Made by a program: the position numbers and the translations under genes. From assembly GCF_964355755.1 (NCBI RefSeq), contig NC_092676.1:24570871-24634870 (forward strand): 64,000 nt of DNA, written 5' to 3'. Below, piece after piece: positions 1 through 12,611 of this stretch. The notes beneath the pieces are model-generated. The model ran no database searches and had not been told where the DNA came from. It saw only the letters and a program-made list of their open reading frames with translations. How positions within the stretch are numbered: position 1 is the first letter of the stretch; every line of letters begins with the position of its first letter. The DNA comes from Antedon mediterranea (taxonomy: Eukaryota; Animalia; Echinodermata).

Positions 1-2410
1 ATTGAAGTAAGGGCAACTGGGCGATAGTTTCACAAAGTGGATGTATCACCAGATTAAAAAATTGGAACAACTTCTGCATGTTTCCACTGGAGGGGAAGAC
101 TTCCAGAGTTAAGAGATTGTGAGAAAATAGTATACAGGGGATAAGAAATAGGCAAAGAAATAGCCTGAAGAAGCCAAGGTGAAAAGTTTTCAGGACCAGG
201 TGAAGCAAACGATGAGAATGTAGAGAGGGCATCAGCAACATATTTAGGAGTAAAGTCAATGTTATCCAATGGAGGAAAGGATGGAGATTGGATATTGCAA
301 GCAGGAGGTGTAGACGGAAGGAGATTAGGAGGTAAAAAGGAATTAAAAACAGAGCAAAAGTAAGAATTAAAAGCATTGGCAATATCATATGGAATTTCTA
401 AAGATCTGATTATTAACATTAAATTTTTGCGAGGTAACACAGGTCGATTTTTTATATTTAACAAATGTCCAAAAACGTTTACGATTATTGTCTGAGCAAA
501 ACAAATTGTCCACATAAGTTCCATAACTCTTCCGTACAAGACATTTTACACGGTTTCTCAATTTCTTATATATTTCCCAGTCTGAAATGCATTTAGTTAA
601 CTTAGCTTTCTTGAAAAGTATTCTTTTCTTTTGAATCAGTTTTTTAATATCTTGTGTAATCCAAGGGTCTGTATGTTTGCGTGCTTTTCTAACTGTCTCT
701 AACAGCAGCATCGAGCAAGTCCATGAATCCTTCTAGAGACTTATTAACGTCTGTACTGTCTAAGAATGCACACCAGGGAGCCAGATGAATCAAATTATTT
801 AAATGACCAAAATCAGCTTTAGAGCGTTGCAAGAAGCTTTGTGTCGTCGACTTTGGTTGAACAGATTTGAAAAACGATTGCATAGTGATCAATATCGACT
901 GGATTATCCGAGATTTTAGTTGATATCTTTTCTGGCGAGCATGTAAATAATAAGTCAATAATAGTTCCATATTGATGATCATTTGAAGGTCGTGTAACTG
1001 TATCAATCAGTTGGGTAAAGTCCATAGGTTCAGTGATGTCAGATAGTGCAGTGAAGTCGGGGTGAGATGTATCGCACCAGTTGACATTAAAATCTCCAGT
1101 TAACAGAATGCAATCAAATTTATAGAACTCCTGTTGCAAATCAGAAATAGAAGTATGGAAGTGATTCCAAAAATCTTTCTTAGCATTTGGAGGCCTATAT
1201 AATGTACCAATCAATACATTTAGATGTCCTACTTTTCAAGAAATCCAAATAAGTTCAAGATTGTCGTCAACATGGTAAAGTTTTGATGAAAAATCTGTTC
1301 TGATAGTCATGAACACTCCTCCACCACGCAAGTTACGATCTTTTCTATAGATATTGTAATCATTTAGGTTGAGAATTGAAGATGGAAGGCTAATGTCCAG
1401 CCATGTCTCTGTTACGCAGATAATATCACATGGATTTATTGTTAAATAAGCAGCCAAGTCAAGACTTTCGTGTCTTATACTCCTAGCATTAAAGCTAATA
1501 CAGTTCAGTGATTTGTTTCTCCTAAATGTTGGCAATTGAGTAAGGCTACAGTCATGTACTTGAATAGTTTCAGGATCGTGTTCATCATTGGCAGTTAAAT
1601 CAAACATAGGTAAAGCAGAGAGTAGACACCGTGGGCAAATAAATGTGTTTAAGTTATTTACCTGAAGCTGTGACCTAAATGCAATTGCATTAAGTTTTCC
1701 GCATTTCATGTGACATTTCAAGTTGCATTGAACACAATCTAAAGCTCTATGGGTTGATGTCACAGCACGTTGACAAACAGAACATGGAGTTTTCACTGGA
1801 CCAGGATTCAATTCAATATCACCAGATAAGGCAATAATATTAAAAGTACAAGTTGAGTTATTGTGATAAGCGATTGGAAATCCAAAATAATGATTGATTC
1901 TTTTAGTCTTGAGAAGTAACACCTTGTTCAAGTGAACTCTTTTTACAGGATTGAAGTAGGATGCATTTTCACCGTTTTCAATGTCCGTATTAGTGAGTAA
2001 TTGTCTATTAATAGCAAAGATGTAGAGATGAGAACTACTAAGCCAATAAACCTCAATATTAAGGTAGCAGCTTTGGCTTTCTTTTGTCCCTGTTGTTTAT
2101 ATGGGCCATGTCTAGGCAGGATGTTCAACAATAGACAAAGCTTGTCCATTGTTTTTACCCTACCAAAACAAAACCAAAGCCTACGTATACCTTCTAGAAA
2201 TGCACTCAATTTACAATCTTCAGCTTAGAATAAAACTCTAAAAAAAGTATATTTTCTCGAAAAGTATCCGTCCAAAATCCATAAGCCAATAAAGTTTGCC
2301 GTAAGGTACCAGTATAGACTCTGTAAAATCGGTAAATCAGTGTGAAACTCCAATAAAACTGAAAATTAACTTCCAAAAGACAACAGAGGTCCAGCCTCCA
2401 TGCTTACATT
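1..2410 (-). mobile_element. CR1-clade LINE, degraded by frameshifts: hydrophobic leader - 2A motif - PHD finger - APE endonuclease - start of RT; runs off the window start
   Basis: Consecutive minus-strand ORFs: PHD C4HC3 (PCSVC...CVQC...HMKC...ICPRC); APE motifs (FNARS, CVTETWL, RGGGV, LYRPP, TGDFN, IDLLF, IDHY); PWIT; SPGPENFS and WKHAEVVPIF...YRPVAL of RT. The 5' end near 2410 is approximate. Confidence 0.9.
1797..1826 (-). other. 2A-like (StopGo) ribosome-skipping motif SGDIELNPG|P
   Basis: ORF 1236..1931 contains IALSGDIELNPGP, an exact match to the D(V/I)ExNPGP consensus, directly before the PHD finger. Confidence 0.8.
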
Positions 2411-2513
2411 AAAATAATTGTTGACTAATCTAGATACATATTCTACGCGGTTTTCCGCTTACCGTTACAGCTTGTCTGTGTAAATTTAGCTATTTCCACT
2501 TCTAGCAATACGA

Positions 2514-5500
2514 CTAAACAACAGTTACTTTTTCCTCCACATAAGTGTTGCCAACTAAATGATTGTTTTTACATTCACTAGTGTCTTTATTTTCCTTATA
2601 ATCCACCATGTAGCGATCCGGTGCAAAATACTGTTGGTAAAGTGGAGCCAACAACAACGTTACTGACGAAACTAAGTACAGGCCAGTACATAGATATAGG
2701 GCGGGGTTGTAGGAACCCGTCGAGTCATATAATGAACCTGTTAAGAAACAAATCAATAGCAGTTAAAAATTATTTATTTTTACTGTTCTTAATATATTGT
2801 CAACATTGCACTCGTTGTCCAGAGTACCATCCGCGATCATGTACGTATAATCTCTCCATGTCAATGCCGTTTAAACTAGAACATAAAGCAAGGACGTAAA
2901 CGCAACACAATCGTGTTGACCAATGACAGGCGACAGTTCGAATACTCCATCGCTTGTGATTGGTCAACTCCCTTACGTTGCGTTACGTCCTTGTATTGCG
3001 TCTCAAGTGGGAACTGGGCATTAATCAATTTCAACTTTATTTATTTATCACTCTGCAGTTGCTCAAGCATACTTTAGGCATTGTGCTTAATTCAATAGCA
3101 TTCAAAAGTACTTTGACAAAAACCAGTTTGAAATAAAAATGAATAATGTGTTATTACATAGAAAAGAAAATGTGACATTTTTAGGTGTAATTTTAAACGA
3201 AAATCTTAACTGGAAACATCACATACAGCTTATTAGGAAAAAAATGTCTAGGGCAACTGGTATACTTTTAAAAGTAAGAGAATTCTTTCCTCATAAAGTC
3301 CGTATTAGTCTTTATAACACCTTAGTATTACCTCACCTTCAGTATGGTAACTTAATATGGGGAAATACATACAAGAGCACGTTAGAAGTAATACTAAAAC
3401 TCCAAAAGAGAGCTGTAAAATGCATTACCTTCTCTAAATCCAGACAAGCTTCAGAGCCACTGTTTAAGAAACTAAAAATATTAAACGTTTATGATTTTTA
3501 CAAAGTAAACGTCATAGGATTTATGGCAAACGTTAAATTCAATGAATTACCACATCACATTTTAAATATTTTTAATTACTGTGACAGTATTAGGCCTACT
3601 CATAACCTCAGAACAGAAACTGAATTCGAAATTCCCTTCACAAGACTAACTTACAGTCAACAGTTTATACATATATATGGACCAAAATTGTGGAAAGAAT
3701 TCACTTGTAATGGTGGTAATTTTCATTCATTCAATCTTTTATTTCGGAAACTCTGGTCCATAGAAAGTAAATTACATATAAATGAAATAAATAAAATAAA
3801 CAAAATTACTACTATTCATCTCAGGATGGCATTCCATCTGGAGAGCATCTTCGACTTAACTAAGACGTTGCTTATAATCGTTGAGATTAAAATATTTTTG
3901 CTTGCATTAAGTCTACACAGCAGGCCATATATTGATATTCTTAACAATTCATAAAAAGAGGGAATTCTACGTTCCGTAAACATGAGGCTGCCACTGCAAT
4001 GTCGAGGCCTTTCCAACAACATTCTTAAACCATTATTGTAGCATACCTGGAGAGATCGCAAGGTACCTTGATTATAGTTGCACCATAATGTAGCACAATA
4101 CATATTTATGTTCTAAATAAAACACATTTCACATTGATAGAACACATACTAAATTTTCTGACCAAGGAGTTGGCTCGGAGATCTGTATTTCCGCTTTATA
4201 TCAAACTCATCACATAAATCCAAGGATATAACATGACCAAGATATGTGGTTGAGTCAACATATTCTAATAAACCGGTTATTTTAAAGAAACAAAATAAAT
4301 GTATAAAAAAACAGGTCAAAAAATACTTTTTATCACTATATGCTGATTAAAAACACACCTTTGTTTTATTTAAGTTCTATGTACTTGTTCTTATGTAAAA
4401 GGGTCCTACAAAAAAACGAAGCTGTAGAAATAGAAATCCAATAAGAAGTCATATTAATTCGCTTGATTCGAGCCCAAACTAAATTTACAGATGGTTTAAA
4501 AATGGACATATTAATTAATTAATACCAATCCTTTAAATGTTAATGAAGCGTAAACTCAAGTTATTAGGGAGTTTTCGCAATCTTACGAATACGATAACGA
4601 AAACGGATACGTCACGCACACGTATTCGTTTTTCGTAAGCCAGTTAAAATCTGTTTCGCATGGCAACGAAATATTAAAGATGTATTGTCCCTTTGTCAAA
4701 TTAAAAAAAAATAAAAATAAAAAGATTTCGAAAAAAAGTGGGTCATTTTGAAGTATTATAATAGTTATTAACTTTCACCAAAAAATAGTTGGAAAAAAAT
4801 CATTTAACTGAAATACAGACGTTTTTTGGTTAAAAAAATAACTTTGACTTCCAGTCAAAGTTTTCGATCAAAACATATCTCATAATGCAATGCACATATT
4901 TGGCTACTCTGTATGCATAATCATAAAACTTCCTTGCGATCTGTGTGAAAACACCTTCTCAACCGTGACAAGTTGTAAACAATCCTAATTAGCATCATGC
5001 ATAATGTATACTCATGGTTTGAAATCTTTGTTTACTTTGTTTTTCAGACGAAATGTAATCAAATTAATTTAGCTATTAATTACGTAAAATTGTTGTTTTT
5101 GTCTCGAATTTTCGACTTAAAGTGAATAACTTTAATATTACTTTGATATGGCCAATTAAAATTTAGTATATTTTGACCTTCATTTTTTTGTGTTTCAATG
5201 GACAATACATCTTTAAGGGTGCCGTCCAAAATATGACTGTGGTAAACTTGAGCGAAGGGCAGGTACGTGTTGCTTGGTGCTTGGCTGCCTAGGCCTAGCG
5301 TAACATCAAAGCGAGTGAGGACTTTAAAAACTGCTATTTATCAAAATTGACTTGGCATTTTAGTAAATTACTTTAGTAAATTACTTTCAATAAAAGTATA
5401 ATTATATTATAATCATAATCAACTAGAATTACGCGTACTTCTGCAACTTTAATCGACAATATTTTTTGTAATAATCTATACGATAACATTTCTTCCGGAA

Positions 5501-8500
5501 TTCTATATTCGGACATCTCGGATCACTTTCCTGTTTTCTTGTTAATACATAAATCAGAACCTCTCCAACACCTGAAACCTAAATCAAAATATATATACAT
5601 AAAAAAAGTCAATGACATTTCAATTTCTGCCTTAAGTAATGATTTGTCAAATGTTGACTGGACTAGTATTTATAACTCCAATGAACCCAATGAGGCATAT
5701 GCTTTATTCAACGACATATTTAGTACATTATATAATAACAACATTAAAACCACTCGTTCCAGACGCAATATTCGGAAAGAAAAAAACCCTTGGATAACTA
5801 AATGCTTAATTAAATCTATCGACAAAAAACACAAATTATATAAAACATTTCTTATATCTAAAAAGCAAAAGGACAAAGATAAATATGTTAAATATCGAAA
5901 TGTACTTACCAAAATCCTTCGTACTGCCCAAAAGAATTACTTCAGTGACAAATTTGAATTCCATAAAAATAACATCCAAAAAACCTGGCAAACAATAAAT
6001 GGAGTCCTTGGCTAGAAATCTCGTAAACCGTTTCCTTCTCACTTTATTAACAATGACATTGAATTAAATAATCCTCAACAAATTGCAACTGAATTCAATC
6101 ATTATTTTACTAGTATAGGGCCAAATTTAGTTAACAAAATACATGTGTCGGATAATGATAATTATACTAACTACCCTACCTCTTCCATGTGTGCACTCTC
6201 TCTTTCTTAGTCCTGTAACCGAACATGAAGTTGTCAGTATAATACTTTCCCTCAAAGATAATAAATCTCCTGGGTTTGATGGGTTTTCCAATAAAATTAT
6301 TAAACGTGTTTCTAATTTTATATGCAAACCCTTAACTCACATTTTTAATACTTCTTTTCAAACCGGTATTTTTCCTGATTCTTTTAAGATAGCTAAAGTC
6401 ATCCCTATCTACAAGAAAGAAGATCCTCATCTTTTCAATAACTACAGACCAATCTCCCTACTTCCTTGTTTCTCAAAATTAATTGAAAAAATAATGCATA
6501 ATCAAATTTCTTCCTTTTTAACTAAACATAACATTTTATTTAAAGGCCAATATGGTTTCAGGAAAAAGTATTCAACAGATCTTGCTTTATTAGATATTTT
6601 TAACAAAATTACAATTGCCCTGAGTAAAAATGAGTTTTCTGTTGGCATTTTCCTTGATTTATCTAAGGCCTTCGATACTATTAACCACGATATTTTAATT
6701 CATAAACTTTCAAATTACGGTATCAGAGGCCTTCCTTTAAAACTAATTAAAAGCTACCTTTTCAATCGTGTTCAGTTTACTTCCTTAAATAATTTTAACT
6801 CTTCCTATTCCCGTTTAACCTGTGGTGTTCCCCAAGGATCGATTCTTGGACCACTCTTATTCCTGATTTTTGTTAACGATATACCAAACAGCTCTAAATT
6901 ACTAAATTTTATCTTATTTGCTGACGACACAAATATTTTTTTCTCTCATCCTAAACTAAATATCTTGTTTAAAATTGTCAATGATGAGTTACTTAAAGTT
7001 TCAAATTGGCTCAAACACAATAAATTAACTCTTAATACATTCAAAACGAACTATATAATATTTTCTAAACGTAAAATTTCAAATTCTTTAAATGAACAAA
7101 TATACATTGATAATAAAATGATCAAACGAGTTAATGAAACACAATTTTTAGGAGTAACCATAGATGCCTCTCTGACTTGGAAACTACATATAAATAAAAT
7201 CAGTAATCTAGTTTCTAGAAATGTTGGAATATTGAACAAATTAAAACATATCTTCCCTTAAAAAACCTTATTAACCCTTTATAATACTTTAGTTTTGCCT
7301 TACCTTTCTTATGCCAATTTATGTTGGGCAATTACTCTAGATAAATTTAAATAAATTTAATACGTTATGCCCATGGACAAGTCTAGAGAAAACTCAAATT
7401 GACCGCCTTTTTAAACTACAAAAACGTGCACTTCGGATTTGCGCGGGAGAATCATTTAGAGCCCATACAAAATTACTTTTTAAAAGATTTAACGTTTTAA
7501 ACATTTATGATTTAAATAAATTACAAGTTGCCTCATTTATGTACCGTTTATCTAACAATTTACTGCCTTCACATTTTAATGCTTTATTTACAAGAATTGA
7601 CGAACGCCATTCCTATAAAACCCGATCTTCTGTTAACAATTATATCCTTGATAATTTAAATGTTAAGGCTCGACGATTTTCTATGTATTATTTTGGTCCC
7701 AAACTTTGGACTTCACTCTCAAATGAACTTAAACAGAAATCTTCCTTTTCTAGTTTTAAATCTAATTTCAAACACAAAATGGTGTCAGAATATGCTACAT
7801 AATTTTTCGCCGATCTTTTATCCTTATTTATTTGGTGGTGATACATGGCATTAAATCCTTCACCCTGGTATTCAATAATCTCCGCTACATTGTATCGTTA
7901 TACTTGTTATTATACCATATTTAATTATATTTCATATTGTACTCTAATTGTTATCATTATCCCTTTTATCATTATATTATATAATTGCCTGTGTAAGTGC
8001 CAAATCCAAGCTAGGTATACTGTGCTTGTGTTCACTGAAGGGTGTCAAGTGAACAGGTGACCAACCATATGGGTTATGCTAATGAGGGCATAGCTTGCTT
8101 GGGCTGTGGCTGGCAGTTGGATAGTTAGGCTTGTTGGGTAAGGACCTAGCAAGCACCAAAGGCTTACTTAGAAGCCTATAGAAGTGGTAGATGTACCGAG
8201 GCTTACTTAGAAGCCTATAGAAGTGGTAGATGTACCAAGGCTTACTTAGAAGCCTATAGAAGTGGTAGATGTACCAAGGCTTACTTAGAAGCCTAAAGCT
8301 GTAGTACAGTAGTAATTGATATAGTGTATAGCTATAGCTGCACATGTTATCCAGGCATATCTTTGGTAAGCAATTGAGACTTATCTTATTATTATTATTA
8401 AGTTGTAATTATTTTAAATCAAGAATTATTTATATTGTATTGTTTAATCTATGACTTATTTAGATACTTATGTAAGGTCTATTATTATTGTATAGAATTA

Positions 8501-11500
8501 TTTATGTTGTACTGTATGATAGATACCGTATATATTATTTTGTAATCATTATTTATTTGTTATAGTAAATCGGATCAAGTTGGAGAACAATTAAATTCCG
8601 CATTTGCAAGAAACTTGTTTGTGCAGTTATAGCCTGGTTTATCTTAACTTCTATAATTTAATTTTTTTATTTTTTTTTTTTTATTTTATGTACTTTCACT
8701 ATTATATATTCATATTTTAGTCTACTCTGTAGCAATGTTAGTATACTTATAGGCATACGGGAGTCACGACTTAAAGTTCAGTGAACTTATTGTGACTTCC
8801 ATCCACCCACATTTAATATATGTTATGTAAATGTAAATGATATATATATATATATATATATATAAGTGAGTGGAAAAAAATAAATAAACGAAACGAAACG
8901 ATTCATGAATCATTCCTGATTCAAATGCAAAATGTGCAAAATAGATCAAAAACTATACTCGTTTTGTAGTTACGAATATGACCGGTGATATTCGTCAACA
9001 CGAATACGCTTTACGAATATGAAATGGGGATCAGCTCAAAAGTTTCACAAATGTGTGACGTATCCGTTTTCGTTATCGTATTCGTAAGGTTGCGAAAACT
9101 CCCTATTACCTTGTATGAACGGGCCTATAAGATTCCCAACTCCACTCCATACCAAAACAATGTTTGCTGATGTTTTACTTCTTCTCGCACCGAATATTTC
9201 CAAACCAGTGGACAACTGAAGTCCATTATATACTCCTCTTGGAAGACCGTAACCTATTGTAAAAACATACACCACCTTAAGTTTCATACTAAGCCCGCCG
9301 ACGGGTATGTGTCTCGATCACCAAGTACACACGTCATATCTATTGGCGCATAGCCGCGTAGAGCATCGTGAAAACGAAACATTGCCGTTCGATTCGCCGG
9401 AACGAAACCGTGCCGGAACAGGAGTGAACGACCCTTTACTCTCTTTAAGTGAGTCAGCTACCCCTTATATAACATATTGGAATCTGGGCTCTCAGTGTGA
9501 CTGAACGTACTTTGTCGTAATAAAACAATAGGCCTCATACCTATATCGTTTAAAGATGTATTGTCCCCTCTGAAAATAATTTTTAACTTTTTGTTGAATA
9601 TGCCATTTTAATGTCACCTAATAGTTATTCACTTTTGGATAAAATTGGATCTAAAAAATGTATTTACCTGAAAAAACTGTAATTTTAAGCTAAAAAATGG
9701 TCAAATTTGCTGCTGCCAGCCAATGGATTTTTAGATGTATTTAACCATTTATTATGTTATTTATAAGGTAAAACATTATTTTTTTCGGTAATTTTTCTAC
9801 GGAAGTAACTTTATTAAAGCTAAAAAACAACCTATTCAAAGTCTGATTTAATTAATCTTCATTTTTCATGTTTTTGGGGACAATACATCTTTAAATAAAT
9901 TATTTAATTTAATTTTAATAAATGTAGGCCTATACATCATATGGAGGAGAAACAAATGTTGGGCATCATACCCACTAAAGGGAAACAAGCGGCAGGAGAA
10001 AGGCCTACTCACCACAGAGAAAACAAGATACAACTTACAAAATGTTATACACATTATTAGGATCGTATTCGTGGTCAACGTCAAGCCTACGCTCACAATC
10101 ATTAATACCAATAAGCTGACTGGTAGACAGTATATGAGTGGAAAGGGTATTCGTGGAGCAACTAAGATAATTATGACCTTTGAGAATGCATCTCCAATGG
10201 CTAGTACAGTGATTCCTGTCGCACTCTTCTGGTTGCTCAATCCAATAGATTCGAGAAAGGTTGCCTAAGATAGTAAACAAACCATGATAAACACAGAAGA
10301 GATCAGTTTGGTTCCAATTTAGTACCAATTTTTATACCAATCAAGCGAACGATTGGATTAACCACCCTCTTGTCAATCATTGATAAATTTGCATGTGTTC
10401 TGTTGGAACCAAGATTTAATAAGAATCTAAAATATATACGAATATTTGTAAATACATTTTATATTACGCATTTCACAAAAAAATGTCGTCTCGAATGCGC
10501 TGTGGACTTAATATGTTACACTTTTTAACTACATGATTCAATTCTGCCCTGGTACTGCGCCACTTCCACTGTCCACGACAGAGCTAGTACATCAGAGTAA
10601 CCCCTACGTTTTGAAAGATGTACAAGGTTCTTTAAGGTGCACATGACTATACAATATGCTTCAATTCTCCCCTGGTACGGCGCCACTTCGCATGTCCACG
10701 ATAGAGCTAGAGTACATCAGGGTAACCACTACTCTCGAAAGATGTACAGGGTTATTTAAAGTGCACATGAGCATTTTGTTTACACGGGACCTATGGTTTA
10801 TATACCTTAATTATCCGAGAAGACTCATAAAACCATGTGGCGAGAGAACCTCGAATCATCATAGTTATATGGATAAGGTTCTACTGTCTTAATCGGACGG
10901 CCACTCACAAATAAGTTAGAAATAAAATCTTAACAAGTTTAAACTTACCATGTAAACATACTGAAATACTAAAGCAAGGTAACAAGTAAAAGTTGCCAAA
11001 CTGAATAACCAGACCTCAGGAAAACAAAGTAAACTCCTCGCCGATTGTGAAGTCCTTTTTGTTTCCATAGCCCCAATCTTACAAACATCAACATTAGTAG
11101 GCTTAGTAAAAAATATACAGCAGAACATTCCAGCAATAAAAATCACAGCTGCAGATATACGGAATGTCCATCTCCAACCAATATGTTCTAAACTAAACTC
11201 AATCAAATTGCTCATGGCAAAATTACCTAAAAAAGTATGAAAATTACATTAGGCGATAGTAGACCCATACATTGTGTAAAATGAGTATATATTTATATAT
11301 ATTTATATATATATTTATATTTAAAATCATGGATTTTTTAAACAGTTGATGTTTACGTAGAGTATTTGAATAACGTCACAGAGAGTCTAATTCTTTTCAA
11401 GTTAAAATAAGGTACAGAACACATCATTTGGGACGCCCGTATTCCTATGTTTTACCTACAACCAACAGGACCACAATGCAAAACAGGTTTTCTTTTACCT

Positions 11501-12611
11501 GATTGTATTGTAGTATTTTATTGGTACTCACTTTAGAATCAGTGGCACACACCTTCAGGTGGTGCGTCCATACAAATATAAACAACATATAAAAGGAAAA
11601 CGATGATTAAACTTAAAACCTAATACAATGTACAGTAGTAATTGTACACTTGAATAAATACTTTAATAAAACAATTGTACACAACGAGCAAATCAATAAT
11701 ACAGATACAATAGGTCAGTAGTAAATATACATTACTTACAAAATGTCTGACAGAAAAAAATACTTATACATAGTAAATGAAACTAAAAAAACAATTGGAT
11801 AACCGTGTAATCCTGTGTAAAGATGTTGTTAAATAAATAAATAAATCCAGGGGACACCTCTATTAAGCGGACACTTTAATAGAGGTTCTACATTTACATT
11901 CTAACGTGACAAGCATAGTTAAGTTGACTTCAAATTTACCAAATGTTGCTCCGAGTGCTACCAACGTCATTGCACTGGCCCTGCGTTTGCCTTGAAACAA
12001 TAATATGACCACTTCGTTGGTTAAAATCATCGAAATGTTAGCACTTAATCCATAGAAGACTCCATAAAACACAATAACGTATATTAGTGTAGGAGAAAAC
12101 GACGAAGCAACCAGAGAAGCACTTCCAATCACCGTACCAATGATGCCGACTTTGCGAAATGATAGATGACGTAATACCCACGTTGATACTAGTGTACCAA
12201 ACATAAACGAACAATAAATGATCGATCCAATCCAGCCTAAAACAGAAAAAATTATTATCACTTAATGTCTATAAACAGTAGTGTTAAATATCGAAGGAGT
12301 AATAAGCTAGCTATCAACAATAGTCATGGCTGCGTTATGTGCTAACCTCCCACATTTATACTACAGTATGCACACAGGCCTAAAGGCTATATCAACTACA
12401 CGTTCTTACCTGTTAGTGCAACGCTACTCTGGAACTCATGTTGTAGTTCATCAAAAAACAATCCAAAATTGTACAAAAATCCAATAAAAACAAACTGATG
12501 AAAAGAACCAATTACAGTTTTGAACCATGGTAAGTTTCCCTTGTACCATGGAACTGATTCGACGTCGTCATCTTTGGTGCTGGCTAACTCGTAATCAATC
12601 TTTCTGCCCAT
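2514..12611 (-). CDS. SLC16/monocarboxylate-transporter-like MFS protein, paralog 1 (6 coding exons, ~456 aa)
   Basis: Exons 12611-12410, 12236-11940, 11226-10949, 10264-10039, 9253-9110, 2737-2514, all GT-AG, total 1371 nt with consistent phases. MCT-like motifs FGLFFDEL..EF, GWIGS, F.GKRRASA, IGWRWTFRI, GSLYD.TGSY. Confidence 0.85.
2875..3020. mobile_element. Palindromic ~150-bp Harbinger-type MITE (degenerate copy)
   Basis: ctagaac...gcaaggacgtaaacgcaac...ttgaccaatgac...gtgattggtcaa...gtgggaac; same family as 41221-41380. Confidence 0.65.
3100..4410 (+). mobile_element. 5'-truncated Crack/L2-like LINE 3' fragment, interrupted by an RTEX fragment
   Basis: FLGVILNENLNWKHHI, LYNTLVLPHLQYGNLIWG and GPKLW motifs. 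Sequence after 4266 continues colinearly with the uninterrupted copy at 63.2-63.5 kb. Confidence 0.85.
3721..4265 (-). mobile_element. 5'-truncated RTEX-like LINE fragment with (GAAT)n tail and TAAT target duplication
   Basis: YLGHVI upstream, then YCATLWCNY...LQVCYNNGLRMLL...SLMF...IPSF. TAAT at 3717-3720 and 4266-4269. Confidence 0.75.
4678..5212. mobile_element. Kolobok-like MITE (TTAA|AGATGTATTGTCC...GGACAATACATCT|TTAA)
   Basis: Terminal inverted repeats flanked by TTAA on both sides; family repeated at 9554, 20942, 51075 and 57073. Confidence 0.75.
5421..8900 (+). mobile_element. 5'-truncated Crack/Daphne(L2-group) LINE: endonuclease C-terminus, RT and ~1.1-kb 3' UTR; inactivated
   Basis: TRIT...LIDNIF...SDHFP, PWIT, KSPGFDG, NYRPISLL, FLDLSKAFDT, GVPQGSILGPLLF, LFADDT. 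Stops at 6013 and 7259 plus frameshifts. 3' stem-loop ggagtcac..gtgacttcc, AATAAA and (ACGAA)n tail near 8880-8900. Confidence 0.9.
8160..8295 (+). repeat. 39-bp tandem repeat x3.5, each unit containing an AGGCTT-N6-AAGCCT hairpin
   Basis: aggcttacttagaagcctatagaagtggtagatgtacc(a/g) starting at 8160, 8199 and 8238, with a partial unit at 8277. Confidence 0.95.
9554..9890. mobile_element. Kolobok-like MITE
   Basis: TTAA|AGATGTATTGTCCCC ... GGGGACAATACATCT|TTAA. Confidence 0.8.
10537..10855 (-). mobile_element. Deu/Nin-domain SINE with a ~120-bp internal tandem duplication
   Basis: ggttctttaaggtgcacatg and acacgggacctatggttta...tccgagaagact (Deu-domain-like). Segment 10537-10650 is repeated at 10660-10770. 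Confidence 0.6.

Larger units (their letters stand above)
4566..9104. mobile_element. Non-autonomous TIR element (AGGGAGTTTTCGCAA termini, ATT target duplication) carrying nested insertions
   Basis: ~50-bp inverted repeats at 4566-4615 and 9055-9104 with one mismatch. ATT at 4563-4565 and 9105-9107. Confidence 0.75.

Noticed and set aside
8160-8295. CRISPR-like array (palindromic repeat with regular spacing)
   Set aside because: The 'spacers' are identical, there are no cas genes, and the context is eukaryotic; it is a tandem repeat.
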